From NCBI GenBank assembly GCA_008933055.1, contig WBXK01000001.1:1-60102 (forward strand): 60,102 nt of DNA, given 5' to 3'. Of this stretch, positions 46,999-58,500 are shown piece by piece. Source of the stretch: Verrucomicrobiota bacterium. Its GTDB lineage: Bacteria; Verrucomicrobiota; Verrucomicrobiia; Limisphaerales; JADLHS01. The stretch's first letter is position 1; every line of letters starts with the position of its first letter. Below the pieces are notes generated by a model. The model had not been told where the DNA came from. It did no database searches and was given only the letters and a program-made list of their open reading frames with translations. The translations under genes and the position numbers were made by a program.

Positions 46999-47810
46999 AA
47001 ATCAACGAAATGCGCGCGCTGCTGGACAAGCGCAACATTCAACTCACACGATCGCTCGGGCAAAACTTTTTGCACGACTCGAACCAACTGAAGCGCATCG
47101 CAGACGCAGGCGAGGTGACGAAGGCGGACAAGGTTTTAGAGATCGGGCCAGGGCTGGGACCGCTGACGGAGTTTTTGCTGGAAAGAGCGGGTGAGGTGCT
47201 GGCCATTGAGATGGATCGACGACTGGTAGAGGTGTTGAAGGAACAGTTTCCCCAACTCAACCTGGTCCACGATGACGCGCTGGCTTACATCAGGCGCAAA
47301 CCGCGCGATTGGACAGAATGGAAGCTGGTGGCAAACCTGCCTTATTCCGTGGCGTCGCCAATCCTTATAGAGTTAGCGCTTGCTGCGCAGCGACCAAAGC
47401 AAATGACGGTGACGTTGCAACTGGAAGTCGCGCAAAGGTTGATGGCGGCTGCGGATGACGACGATTACGGCGTGCTGACGCTGCTGGTTCAACTGGATTA
47501 TGAACCGCGCGGCTGGTTCAAGATTCCGGCGTCCTGCTTTTTCCCCGCGCCGAACGTGGACTCAGCCTGCGTGACTTTGGTACGACGCGAAACACGATTT
47601 CTGTCCGACGCTCTGCGTCCCATGTTCGTGAGAATCGTGAAACGTGCATTCTCTCAAAGGCGGAAGATGATGTTGAAGTTGCTAAAAGCCGAGTGGCCCG
47701 CAGACAAACTGGAACAGGCGTTCACGGAACTAAAAATCTCCCCAATGGAGCGGGCGGAGAAGTTGAGCTTGGAGCAGTTTGTTGAACTGACAAAATTGCT
47801 GGCCAGTTAA
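46995..47810 (+). CDS. rsmA: 16S rRNA (adenine1518/1519-N6)-dimethyltransferase RsmA/KsgA
   Basis: LGQNFLHD, VLEIGPGLGPLT, ANLPYSVASP. ATGA overlap with the upstream gene. Confidence 0.95.
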   Translation: MKINEMRALLDKRNIQLTRSLGQNFLHDSNQLKRIADAGEVTKADKVLEIGPGLGPLTEFLLERAGEVLAIEMDRRLVEVLKEQFPQLNLVHDDALAYIRRKPRDWTEWKLVANLPYSVASPILIELALAAQRPKQMTVTLQLEVAQRLMAAADDDDYGVLTLLVQLDYEPRGWFKIPASCFFPAPNVDSACVTLVRRETRFLSDALRPMFVRIVKRAFSQRRKMMLKLLKAEWPADKLEQAFTELKISPMERAEKLSLEQFVELTKLLAS

Positions 47811-48071
47811 ATCGTCGACATTATTTTCTCCTAGATGAAGGCGAAATCGCCCTGAATGAATTGATACAGCATTTCAAGACCGTGGCAAAACCCAATCTCG
47901 GGGGGCGGCCCTTGCACGAGCTGCGCGGCGGGCCAGATGCAGAGCACGCGGCGACCGATTTCATCGGGAGACGAACGCTCTTCAGAAGGACATTTTCACG
48001 CTTGCCAGTGAACTAGGCTTGGCTACTGTTCATATGTCAACCGTTAGTCAAACCATAACAAATATACTACC

Positions 48072-48272
48072 ATGAAGAAACTGATCGCAGTTCTCGCCTT
48101 AGCAGCTTTTGCTGTGGCCGCCAATGCTCATTGCGGCAAATGCGCCGATGACAAAGCCAAAGACCACAAATGTACCGAAGCTTGCAAAGAAAAGTGTACT
48201 GCCAAGCATAAGTGCAATGACGCCTGCAAAGAAAAGTGTGCAGCGGCTCACAAACACGACAAGAAGAAATAA
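48072..48272 (+). CDS. Small secreted Cys/His/Lys-rich protein with an internal duplication (putative metal-binding)
   Basis: Signal peptide MKKLIAVLALAAFAVAANA, then a 47-aa mature part with 9 Cys. HCGKC is followed by two copies of K-C-x2-A-C-K-E-K-C-x-A-x-H-K. A strong terminator follows directly. Confidence 0.6.
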   Translation: MKKLIAVLALAAFAVAANAHCGKCADDKAKDHKCTEACKEKCTAKHKCNDACKEKCAAAHKHDKKK

Positions 48273-48292
48273 TCCCGTCTCTTAAGGGCACC

Positions 48293-48322
48293 CCCGCGTC
48301 TCGATGGCGCGGGTTTTTTTTT
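48293..48322 (+). terminator. Rho-independent terminator
   Basis: CCCGCG-TCTCGATGG-CGCGGG followed by T9. Confidence 0.8.
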
Positions 48323-48333
48323 GGAGAATTAAT

Positions 48334-48909
48334 TCAAACCCGCGACGCCAATGCTGCCTGACTTTTCTCGAATACTTCCTTGTGCAGAGAATTCCCATGG
48401 GCATCAATCGTGACCACGGCAGGAAAATCTTTGATCTCCAATTCCCAAATGGCTTCCGGCGCACCGAACTCGTCCTTGAGATAGACGTTGCGAACTTTCT
48501 TCACGCACTCCGCCAGCACTTGCGCGGCGCCGCCGATGGCGTGCAGATACACGCAGCCGTATTCCTTGCAAGCCGCAAGCGTTTTGTCGCCCATGCCGCC
48601 TTTGCCGATGACCCCTCGCAATCCGAAATCGCGGATGATCTGCCACTGATAAGGCTCTTCTCGAATGGAAGTTGTCGGGCCAGCGGCAGTGCATTTCCAT
48701 GAACCATCAGATTGTTGCATCATCACGGGGCCGCAATGATAGATGATGCCATCTTTCAAACTCACGCCCGGCGGGAGCTTGCCGCCTTCATGCAAATACT
48801 TGTGAATCGCATCGCGCCCGGTGAATACAACGCCGGAGATGAAGACTTCATCGCCGACTTTGAGCGCCCGAATCTTTTCGTCTGTGAATGGAAAGCTGAG
48901 TGAGATCAT
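48334..48909 (-). CDS. Class I (Fe-S) fumarate hydratase / tartrate dehydratase beta subunit
   Basis: LKVGDEVFISGVVFTGRDAIHKYL, GPTTSIREEPY, VIGKGGMG. ATG at 48909 with GGAAG upstream is preferred to GTG at 48921. Confidence 0.85.
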   Translation of the reverse strand: MISLSFPFTDEKIRALKVGDEVFISGVVFTGRDAIHKYLHEGGKLPPGVSLKDGIIYHCGPVMMQQSDGSWKCTAAGPTTSIREEPYQWQIIRDFGLRGVIGKGGMGDKTLAACKEYGCVYLHAIGGAAQVLAECVKKVRNVYLKDEFGAPEAIWELEIKDFPAVVTIDAHGNSLHKEVFEKSQAALASRV

Positions 48910-48939
48910 AAATTCTTCCACGATAATCGCAGGCGTAGT

Positions 48940-49779
48940 CTAAGTGGTGGAATGCAGCGGAGCAATATCCTGCTCCGCCAACTTCCGGTGCGCGACCATG
49001 AACCGCTTCACTCGCGCCGGATCAACCGCGCGCGCCCAATGACCGCCTTGCTTGAATTCCGAGCCGACGATGAAGCCGTCCGCCGTAGAGAAGAATAATT
49101 TTAGATTCACCGCCGTCGCGCCTGAACCGAGATATACCGGCAGATGCGTTTTCTTTTTCACCGCGAGCATGTCGAAGCTTCGTGGCGCATCGCCCGTAAC
49201 CAGACCGGTCACGATCACAGCATCGCCGCGCATGAATTCTACCGCGTGAGCCGTCTCACCAATGTCCACGTCCGCAGTGATGGCATGTGAGCTGTGTTTC
49301 TTTTTGATGTCAGTCCAGACTTGAACCCCATCCGCGCCAATGTTGCGACGGTAACGAAGCAGTTCAGCGGCGGAAGATTCGATGATGCCCTCGTCTGCCA
49401 CATGCGCGAACGCAAAACCTTCTGCACGGATGAAATCCAATCCTGCAGCGTGCGCCACGGCCATCGCTTCAAGATTTGCGCCAGCCAACACTTGCACGCC
49501 GCAGGGCAAACCGCTCCCCTGCTTCACCGCCCGCGCAATAATCGCCATGCTCGCAACAATCTCCGGTCCGACGCGTCCACGCAGATACGGTGTGTCGTGC
49601 ATGTTCTCCAACATTACTCCGTGAACTCCGGCGGCACGGAATATTTTTGCGTCGTTCAACGCCTGCTTCTCGATCTGCGAGAGAGAAAACCTGTTCACAG
49701 GCGTGCCGGGTAATGCCGCGAGATGCACCATGGCTATAACAGGCTTTGTCACCGAGAACAGTGCGGTTCGAGATGTCAT
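48940..49779 (-). CDS. BtpA/SgcQ-family TIM-barrel protein
   Basis: KPVIAMVHLAALPGTP, MLENMHDTPY, GVQVLAGAN, VTGLVTGDAP. Confidence 0.8.
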   Translation of the reverse strand: MTSRTALFSVTKPVIAMVHLAALPGTPVNRFSLSQIEKQALNDAKIFRAAGVHGVMLENMHDTPYLRGRVGPEIVASMAIIARAVKQGSGLPCGVQVLAGANLEAMAVAHAAGLDFIRAEGFAFAHVADEGIIESSAAELLRYRRNIGADGVQVWTDIKKKHSSHAITADVDIGETAHAVEFMRGDAVIVTGLVTGDAPRSFDMLAVKKKTHLPVYLGSGATAVNLKLFFSTADGFIVGSEFKQGGHWARAVDPARVKRFMVAHRKLAEQDIAPLHSTT

Positions 49780-49830
49780 GATGATATAAGCTTAGTAAGC
49801 GGCGACTTAAAACCAAGCGCAGACAAACGG

Positions 49831-50598
49831 TCAACTTCCCTTTGCTAGTGAATTTCGACTCACCCACACCAACCGCAACCCCTCAAGTGTGAGGTTTGGT
49901 TCGACGGCTGAAATCTCCGGCAACTTCGACGCGATCAACTTTGCGTAACCACCCGTCGCAACGACAGGCAGACACTTCGCCTTCAGCTCGTGTTTCAATT
50001 CGCGAATCAACTCGCGAACCAAACCGCGATAGCCGTGAACAGCGCCCACAAGCATCGCGTGTTCAGTGCTTTTGCCGATGGCCGATTTAACCTCGTGGAT
50101 TTTGATGCGCGGCAACAAAGCAGTTTTCTCGTGCAAATATTCCGTCATCGCTGCCAGGCCTGGCGCGATAATGCCACCAACGTAATTACCCTGCGCATCC
50201 ACAACATCAAACGTTACCGCGGTGCCAAAATCCACCACGACCGAGGGCGCACCAAAGTGATGCCTCGCGGCCACAGCATTCGCCAAACGATCAGGGCCAA
50301 TCGATTTCGGCTTAGGATAATCAATGCCCACGCCGCGCAGAGTTTTTGACGTGAGTTCGATCGCTTGCAATTTGCAGAGTAAATGAATCACGTTCCGAAC
50401 CTTCGGCGTCGCACACGGCACGACGCTGCAGATCGCCGCGCCTCCGAGCTTCGCTGTGCGGACGAATCGGGTGACTAGTTTTGCGGCGTCACCCTTGAGC
50501 CAAGCCGCAGTCGGGATGTCTGTGTGACGCAGCACTCGCTTCTCGTCCGCGAGCCCTATGTGCGTATTTGTATTACCGATGTCGAAGAGTAAGATCAT
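49831..50598 (-). CDS. coaX: Type III pantothenate kinase
   Basis: MILLFDIGNTNTHIGL, VVVDFGTAVTFDVV, GGIIAPG, ATGGYA. The start overlaps the birA stop. Confidence 0.92.
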   Translation of the reverse strand: MILLFDIGNTNTHIGLADEKRVLRHTDIPTAAWLKGDAAKLVTRFVRTAKLGGAAICSVVPCATPKVRNVIHLLCKLQAIELTSKTLRGVGIDYPKPKSIGPDRLANAVAARHHFGAPSVVVDFGTAVTFDVVDAQGNYVGGIIAPGLAAMTEYLHEKTALLPRIKIHEVKSAIGKSTEHAMLVGAVHGYRGLVRELIRELKHELKAKCLPVVATGGYAKLIASKLPEISAVEPNLTLEGLRLVWVSRNSLAKGS

Positions 50599-51575
50599 TT
50601 GTCCAAACTCACGTCACCACCGATGACGCGTTCCAATCTTCCGTGTTCTGTGCGCAGCAGCAAAGCGCCGTCTTCATCGAGTGATTCAGCTCGTCCGCGC
50701 AATCGCCGTTCGCCGATGCCGACGGTCACTTGTTTGCCGATGGTGGCGCAATGCTCCTCCCACTCGTCGGCCACCGCGCCAAACCTCCCCGCGCAGATAC
50801 GGGCGTAATCATGATCTAGTTCGCGCAAGATCTCCGTGGCTAGTTCCGCACGCTGAATCGGCTTGCCGTATTCGATACGTAATGACGTTGCAATTTTCCT
50901 CAGCTCAACGGGAAATTCAGTCGCAGTCACATTCACGTCCACGCCCACACCGAGTATGATGTGTTTCACGCGGTCCACCTCCGCGCTCAACTCGGTGAGG
51001 ATGCCCACAACTTTCTTACCACTGATCAAAATGTCATTCGGCCATTTTATTTCGGGTTCGAGACCCGTGACCGAATGGATCGCCCGCCAGACCGCAGCGG
51101 CGGCGGCAACCGTGAGTTGAGTGGTTTCCTGCGGACGCAGATTCGGTCGTAGCAGAATTGAGAACCAAAGCCCCTTCCTCGCGGGCGAAGTCCAGACGCG
51201 ACCAAGCCGTCCCCTCCCCTTCGTCTGTGATTCAGCGAAGACGACAACCCCTTCCTTCACGCCATCGCGCGCAAGTTTTTCAACGATATCGTTTGTAGAA
51301 GTCGTCTGCTCAAACACGCGGATGTCGCGCCCGATTAGTCTGGCTTTACCAAGTCGCGCGAGCAGATCGTCGGCATGCAAAACATCTGGCGTGCTGATGA
51401 GTCTATAGCCAAGCACCGGGCTGGCCTCGATTTCGTAACCGACTTTGCGAAGCTCCTCTACACGGGCCCAGATAGCAGCGCGAGTAAGGCCGAGACGTTG
51501 GGAAAGTTCTGCGCCGCACACGCCGCCATTCTCCGCCGCGCGGAGAGCCATGAGAATTTGCGTGTCAGTCGTCAT
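50595..51575 (-). CDS. birA: Bifunctional biotin-[acetyl-CoA-carboxylase] ligase / repressor BirA
   Basis: N-terminal wHTH (GAELSQRLGLTRAAIWARVEELRKVGYEI) and ligase core (QTKGRGRLGRVWTSPARKGLWFS, KWPNDIL). The Met at 51575 was chosen; the longer listed ORF has a non-BirA-like extension. Confidence 0.9.
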   Translation of the reverse strand: MTTDTQILMALRAAENGGVCGAELSQRLGLTRAAIWARVEELRKVGYEIEASPVLGYRLISTPDVLHADDLLARLGKARLIGRDIRVFEQTTSTNDIVEKLARDGVKEGVVVFAESQTKGRGRLGRVWTSPARKGLWFSILLRPNLRPQETTQLTVAAAAAVWRAIHSVTGLEPEIKWPNDILISGKKVVGILTELSAEVDRVKHIILGVGVDVNVTATEFPVELRKIATSLRIEYGKPIQRAELATEILRELDHDYARICAGRFGAVADEWEEHCATIGKQVTVGIGERRLRGRAESLDEDGALLLRTEHGRLERVIGGDVSLDK

Positions 51576-51642
51576 CCCCGAAATGTAAGGACGCGGCAAC
51601 ACGGCGTCCAGCGTGGCGTGAGTCAACCTTGCTGCAATATGA

Positions 51643-52833
<1,191 letters not shown>

Positions 52834-52836
52834 ACG

Positions 52837-54084
52837 CTATTCGGCTTGGAGGTTATGGGCGGGCTTGATCAACAATACAACCACCACCGAAAGCAGCGCG
52901 ATGCCGGCAAAAACACCAAAGATTGTGTTCAACGCAACGTTGCGATCTCGGAGCGCACCGAAGCCAACATCTGCGAATCCACCAAAGCTGATACTCACCA
53001 GGTTCATGATGCCGTAACCTGTGGCGCGCAGCTTGGGTCGCACAATCTGCGAGAGTATGGGCATGTTGTTGCCGTCGAAAAATCCCCAGCCAACACCGAA
53101 CAACACGAGGGATGCGATGGCGAGTGAAAGCGAATGTAAGTTTGGCGCATTGCCCACGCCGAACAGTGCCGGGATGATCAACGCCATGCCGATGGCACTG
53201 ACGTAAATGCGACCACGATCCGACTGATGCATCCATCGGTCCGCCAACCAGCCCCCAAAGAACGCGGACAAAATCGCCGCCGCCTGCCAATACAATGTTG
53301 CGGACACACCTGCTTTACCCTGACTGATGTTGAAACTTTTTTGCAGGATGGCGGGCATCCAATCCCGCACCACCCAACCCGCCAATGCGGGCAGCGTGAA
53401 ATAAAACACGAGCAGGATGAACGATTTATTACTGAGCAATTCGCAAACGGCAGTAACGACGCGTGTTTTTTTTTCGACATCAGAAGCCGAAATTTGTTTC
53501 GTTACATCGCGCAACACCATAAGCAACACTGGCGCATAAATGATTCCCACCAGTCCCGTCACGTTGAACATCCAGCGCCAGCCCAACGCAGGCGCATCCG
53601 CCACGTAGCCAGTGAAGCCGCCAAGAATCACGCCGCAGTAGATCCCCATCTGATGCAAGCCCGTCGCACGCGACCTCGTATTGCCGGTGTGATAATCCAT
53701 AATCAACGCTAATGCCGCCGGGATATAGAACGCCTCGCTGACGCCCATCAACGTCCGCGTCCACAACAACCCGTCGTACATCGTCACATGCCCCGTCACG
53801 AACGTGATGGCCGACCACGCGAAAAGACTCCCGCAGATGGTGAACTTGCGGCCAAAACGATCTGCGATATAACCGCCGACGGGACTGAGAAAAGCATAAA
53901 CCCATTTGAACTGACCGAGCATCTGTCCCCATGCTTTCTCGTTGCTGAAACCTGTCACATCATTCATCACGGACGACTTCATCGCCGCAATCATCTGGCG
54001 ATCCAGATAATTCAACAACGCCACCGGAACAAGCAGTCCGACGATGAGCCACGCGTAGCGACTGACGGATTTTTCCTGATTCAT
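52837..54084 (-). CDS. MFS transporter (anion:cation-symporter/Spinster-like)
   Basis: 12 hydrophobic segments, LNYLDRQMI, GGYIADRFGRK. Confidence 0.8.
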   Translation of the reverse strand: MNQEKSVSRYAWLIVGLLVPVALLNYLDRQMIAAMKSSVMNDVTGFSNEKAWGQMLGQFKWVYAFLSPVGGYIADRFGRKFTICGSLFAWSAITFVTGHVTMYDGLLWTRTLMGVSEAFYIPAALALIMDYHTGNTRSRATGLHQMGIYCGVILGGFTGYVADAPALGWRWMFNVTGLVGIIYAPVLLMVLRDVTKQISASDVEKKTRVVTAVCELLSNKSFILLVFYFTLPALAGWVVRDWMPAILQKSFNISQGKAGVSATLYWQAAAILSAFFGGWLADRWMHQSDRGRIYVSAIGMALIIPALFGVGNAPNLHSLSLAIASLVLFGVGWGFFDGNNMPILSQIVRPKLRATGYGIMNLVSISFGGFADVGFGALRDRNVALNTIFGVFAGIALLSVVVVLLIKPAHNLQAE

Positions 54085-54174
54085 TTGCGTTGAAGGTTAG
54101 ACAATTGTACGGAACAAGGACAACAAGGCAGTGAGGAGACGACTTAGCAGCAAGCGACACTCACGATTGAATCA

Positions 54175-55456
54175 GGTAACAAGGTTTTGTCCAGAAAACT
54201 GTGTAAGTGGTTTTTTGTTTTGGTTTTTGTTTGTTCAATATCCCGGGCGTCAGCCGCGAGTTAAAATGAGCCGGGGGCGAGCGGCGAGCCCCAGCTCGAG
54301 CCCCCGGCGGTCAATGGTTCGTGAGTCGTTCTTCATCTCTTTTCCTCAGTCCAGCTTGGGCATCCGCTCCCCAAACTCGATCGCAAACCGATTCAACGCC
54401 TCGCTCCAGTTGGCGATCGGCATCGTCCACTTCTTGGCGATCCGCTCCAGGGCCAACCAGTATAGCTTGAGCAGCGATTCCTGATGCGGAAACACTCCTC
54501 GGTTCTTGCTGATCTTCCTCAAGGATCGGTTCACCGATTCTATCGCGTTGGTCGTGTAGATGGCTCGTCGTATCTCTTCAGGGTATTTCAGAAACATTAC
54601 CAACTCCGCCCAGTGCGCCCGCCAGCTCTTGCTGATCGTCGGGTATTTGCGATCCCACTTGGCTTCAAATGCCACCAGCGCTTGCTCGGCTTGGGTCACC
54701 GTCGCCGCCGGATAGATCACTCTCAAATCCGCCGCCACAGCCTTGCGTTCTTTCCACCCCACATAGCTCAGGGAATGTCTCACCATGTGCACCAGCACTT
54801 CCTTCTTCCCGGCCATCGTGATCCCCAATGCCAGATACACCGCCACCTTGCTCACCGTTCCGTTCTCTCGCACCTTGCCCCACAGCGCATCAAAATAAAC
54901 AATCGGATACACGTCCTCCAACGGTCGGTTCTGCCAGACCTGCACCTCCGCGCACACCGCGTCGGTCACTTGCGACACCAAACTCGGTGACACCTCCACG
55001 CCGTAGATCTCCAACAGGTGTCCCTCGATCTCACGCGTCGTCAGTCCTCGCGAATACAAGCTGATGATCGCTTGGTCAAACCCTTCAAACCGTCGTTGCC
55101 CCTTGGTCACAATCTGAGGTTCAAAGGTCCCGTTGCGAGCTCGCGGGGTCGCCAGCTCCATGCTCCCAAACTCTCCCTTGAGCGTCTTGGGTGTCGCGCC
55201 GTTGCGTGAGTTGCCGGTCTTTCGCCCGGCGGGGTCGTGCTTGCCGTAGCCCAAATGCACCGTCAACTCCCCCCCATCGCTTTTTCAAGCAGTCGCTTCT
55301 GCAACACCTTAAGCAGCCCGTTCTGCCCCAGCAAATCCTCGGGCTTTTGATAATCCTTCAATAGTTCATCCAACACCGCTTCAGTTATGGCCATAGTCTC
55401 CTATCCTCTCTCTTCGTTCTGGCCACTTACACAGTAAACTCTACACATCCGGTAAC
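54175..55456 (-). mobile_element. Defective IS256-family insertion sequence
   Basis: Imperfect terminal inverted repeats GGTAAC...ACTGTGTAAGTGG (54175-54210) and its complement (55422-55456) share an identical 13-nt inner block. They enclose a mutator/IS256-type transposase gene that is frameshifted and internally deleted. No target-site duplication was identified. Confidence 0.75.
54346..55394 (-). pseudogene. IS256-family transposase, inactivated
   Basis: ATG at 55394 (GGAGA upstream) gives MAITEAVLDELLKDYQKPEDLLGQNGLLKVLQKRLLEKAMGGS*. The frame breaks in a G7 run (55269-55275). The next frame continues ELTVHLGYGKHD...PIVYFDALWGKVR...TTNAIESVN. AVYLALGITMAGKKEVL is fused directly to VHMVRHSL (junction ~54792/54793), so ~60-65 aa including the second catalytic Asp region are missing. 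Confidence 0.8.
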
Positions 55457-55518
55457 AAAAAATGGAGCGCGGAAATTTCTCTCCGCACTCCGAAGTTTCA
55501 TCGGCATTTCAGCGGAGT

Positions 55519-58500
55519 TTACATTACGCCGGATGTTCCAGATCCGATGTGAACAGCCTGTAGCACATCTCTCCCGACGCGAGGCGCGGAAGAATTCTTT
55601 CCGCTCTTCCAACCCGTCAACACAGAGGATGCTGCTGACAATTTCTCCTCCATGTCCTGCACGCGGTGGAAATGTTCGGTGGCGGATTGCTTGGCTTCGT
55701 CACGCTCCTGCTCGACACGCGCCAGCTTTTCATTGAGCGGTTCGATGTTGCGGCGAAGCGTTGTGAATTCCGTCTCCCATTGCAGCTTGGTCTGCCGGTG
55801 AGCCTCGCTCTGCGCGTTCAGTTGAACCAGCAATTCCTGCTCGCGTTGCTTGGCTTTGGCCGCAACCGCTTCTTCTTTTTGCAACATTTCCTGCCGCAAC
55901 TGCTCTTCCTGTTCGCGGAGCGCACGTTGACCAACTTCGGCCAATTCCAATTCACGACGCCGTCGTGAAAGCTCGGCTTGGCTCTGCAATTCAGCTTGGC
56001 GAGTTTCAAACTCAGCCTGAATCTGTTGCTCCCGCTGGCGGAATCGAGCCTGAAGAATCTCTTCTTTCTGCTGAGACTCCTGCCCCAACCGCGTTTCAGC
56101 AGCACGGACGCGCACATCGGTTTGACGCACCCATTCTTCTTCGCGACCGCGCAGTTCTGCGTCCCAACGATTCTGCAATTCACTCTCACGAGCTGCGGCT
56201 TTGCTGGTCAATTCCTGTTCGCGCTGCTTGAGCTTCGTCTGAAAGTCCTGTTCCATCTGCGACAATTCGTGACTCAACAGCCTATCCGTGGCCTGTACCC
56301 GCGCCTCGGTCTGGCGTGCCCATTCCTCCTCACGACCCCGCAATTCCGTATCCCAGCTACTCTGTAATTCGCTCTCGCGCGCCACAGCTTTGTTGGTCAA
56401 TTCCTGTTCGCGCTGTTTGAACTTGGCTTGGAGCTCTAGTTCCTGCTGCTGCAATTCCTGCTTCAAGCGGGTGTCCGACTCGCGCGATAACTCGTTGAGT
56501 TGACGTTCCAACTCTGATTCGCGGCGACGCAGTTCTTGAACGGCATGAGCTAGCAATTGTTGCTCACGTTGTTTAAGGCGGATTTGAGCGGCTTCATCCT
56601 GCTGTTGGATCTGCTGCTCACAGCGCGCTTCTACCTCTCGGGCGCGAGCTTCCAACTGCCTTTCGAATTCTTCTTCGCCACGACGCGTGTCTTGCTCGAA
56701 TCCGGCCTGCTGCTTCGCGATGCGCGTTTCAAAATCCAAAGTCATTTCCTGTTCGCGCTGTTTTATTCTGTGTTCAAAGTCTTCCCCTAATTGGCGAAGC
56801 GTCTTGTCGAAGTCCAATTGCTGCCGCTCGGAACGGTTCTTCTCCTGACGCAGCGCCCTCTCCAGATCACGCGAGGCCTCGTCACGCACCTGGGTCAATT
56901 TGAGCGATAGCGATTCCGTCTGTTGTTGCATCTGTGCATGTGCCGCATCACGGTCGTCCAAGGCTTCCTTCAAATCATAAGCCAGCTTGGCAGTAGATTC
57001 CTGCGCGGATAATTCAGCATCCGTCGCCTGACGACGAGCCTGCATGACCTGCGTCTGGCAATCCTCGGAGACCTGCTGCAATTTCTTGCGATGTTCTTGC
57101 ATCATCGCCGTACGTTCTACTTCTTGGGCGGCGCGCTGGGAATCAAGTTCCTTGCTCATCTGGGCCAGACGATCAGACCAGGAATTTTGGCGCAGTTGAA
57201 CCTGACGTTCGATCTCAGTCTTCTGAAAATCACGCAATGCATCTTTCTCCGCCACCGCCTTGCTGAGTGAATCCGCCATACTGCCGAATTTTCCGACCCA
57301 CTCGTCTTCCTTTTGCTTCAGTTGATCTTCATGCTTAGTCTCTGAAACCACAGCAGCTTCGCGCGCGGTTTTCAGCTCCGCTTCTTTTTCTGCAAACGCT
57401 TTTTCGGCGCTCGCGTTTGCCTCAGCCAGTCGACGTTCTGCCTCGGACTTCGCGGCGGCCAACGCCCTATCACGGGCAGCGACCTGCGAGGAGACTTCCT
57501 TCACCATACGCTCCGCCCGCAACATCTTTAGTCGACCGGCGCGGATATAAAGCTGATGCAGGCCGCGAACCGGAAGACTGCGGCGGGGGTTGGTTTGTTG
57601 TTCATCACGGTGGAAGAGTGTCGAGAACCCGACTTCAACCATCAAGGTCGGTAGGAATGCCACGATGAAAGCCAGAAACGGATAAACCCAAATTCGCACC
57701 ATACTGATTTGGTCCGTGAGCAAATCTCCACGCTCCTTGGAAGTTGCTTTGATGGACAAAGGACGCTCACCGAATAAAATTCCGCGCACGATTTCGACTG
57801 TAGTCGCGATGCGATGCACCTGCGTGGTTCTGATGGCAGCTTCACGCGCCTCGTAATATCCATTGGCTACTTTGCTAGAGGCATCTACTTGTGCGCGCAG
57901 TCCATCCACTTTCTGAACAGCCAATCCTAGTTCTGCATCAATCTGTTTCTCTTCCGCCTTCCACTCCCTGGCAAATGCAGCTTGAGCGGCTAGCAATTCT
58001 TCACGCTTGCGGTCTGACTCATCGCGCTTGGTGAGTGAACGACGGTCGAAGTCACCACGTATCCGACGAGCATCTTCGCCCACTTGAGCTATCGCATCAC
58101 GGCGCCTGTTATTTACTGCGAGCAATTCTGCTTCTTTAGCTCTGATTTGCGCATCGAACTCCAAGAACAAAGTTGGTTTGAGGATCGTGTTGGATTCACG
58201 CTCGGGCGCTACGCCGGGATCAACAGGCTGCCCCATCAACTGGCGCAATAAAAAACTCGCTTTGGCGTAATCCGCTTTTTCCTTTTCATAAGCCGTCTTT
58301 TTGTTGGTGTATTCAGCCAGCTTTGCCTTGTAAGCATTCTCGATTCGCGCCTCTTCAGCATTCCACTTGGTGGCACCCGGTAATTCAGTGTCGCGACGCG
58401 CCCGCAAGTCGGCGATGGACTTCGTGAGCTGTTCAGCATCCGCATTAAACTGCTTGGTGAGATTTGCCTGACGAGTTTCTACCTCGGATAATTCTTTCTT

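Noticed and set aside
55669-56769. Regularly spaced 189-nt repeats that could be mistaken for a CRISPR-like or satellite array
   Set aside because: The repeats are contiguous with no unique spacers, are in-frame, and translate into coiled-coil units of one long ORF. They are protein-coding tandem repeats.
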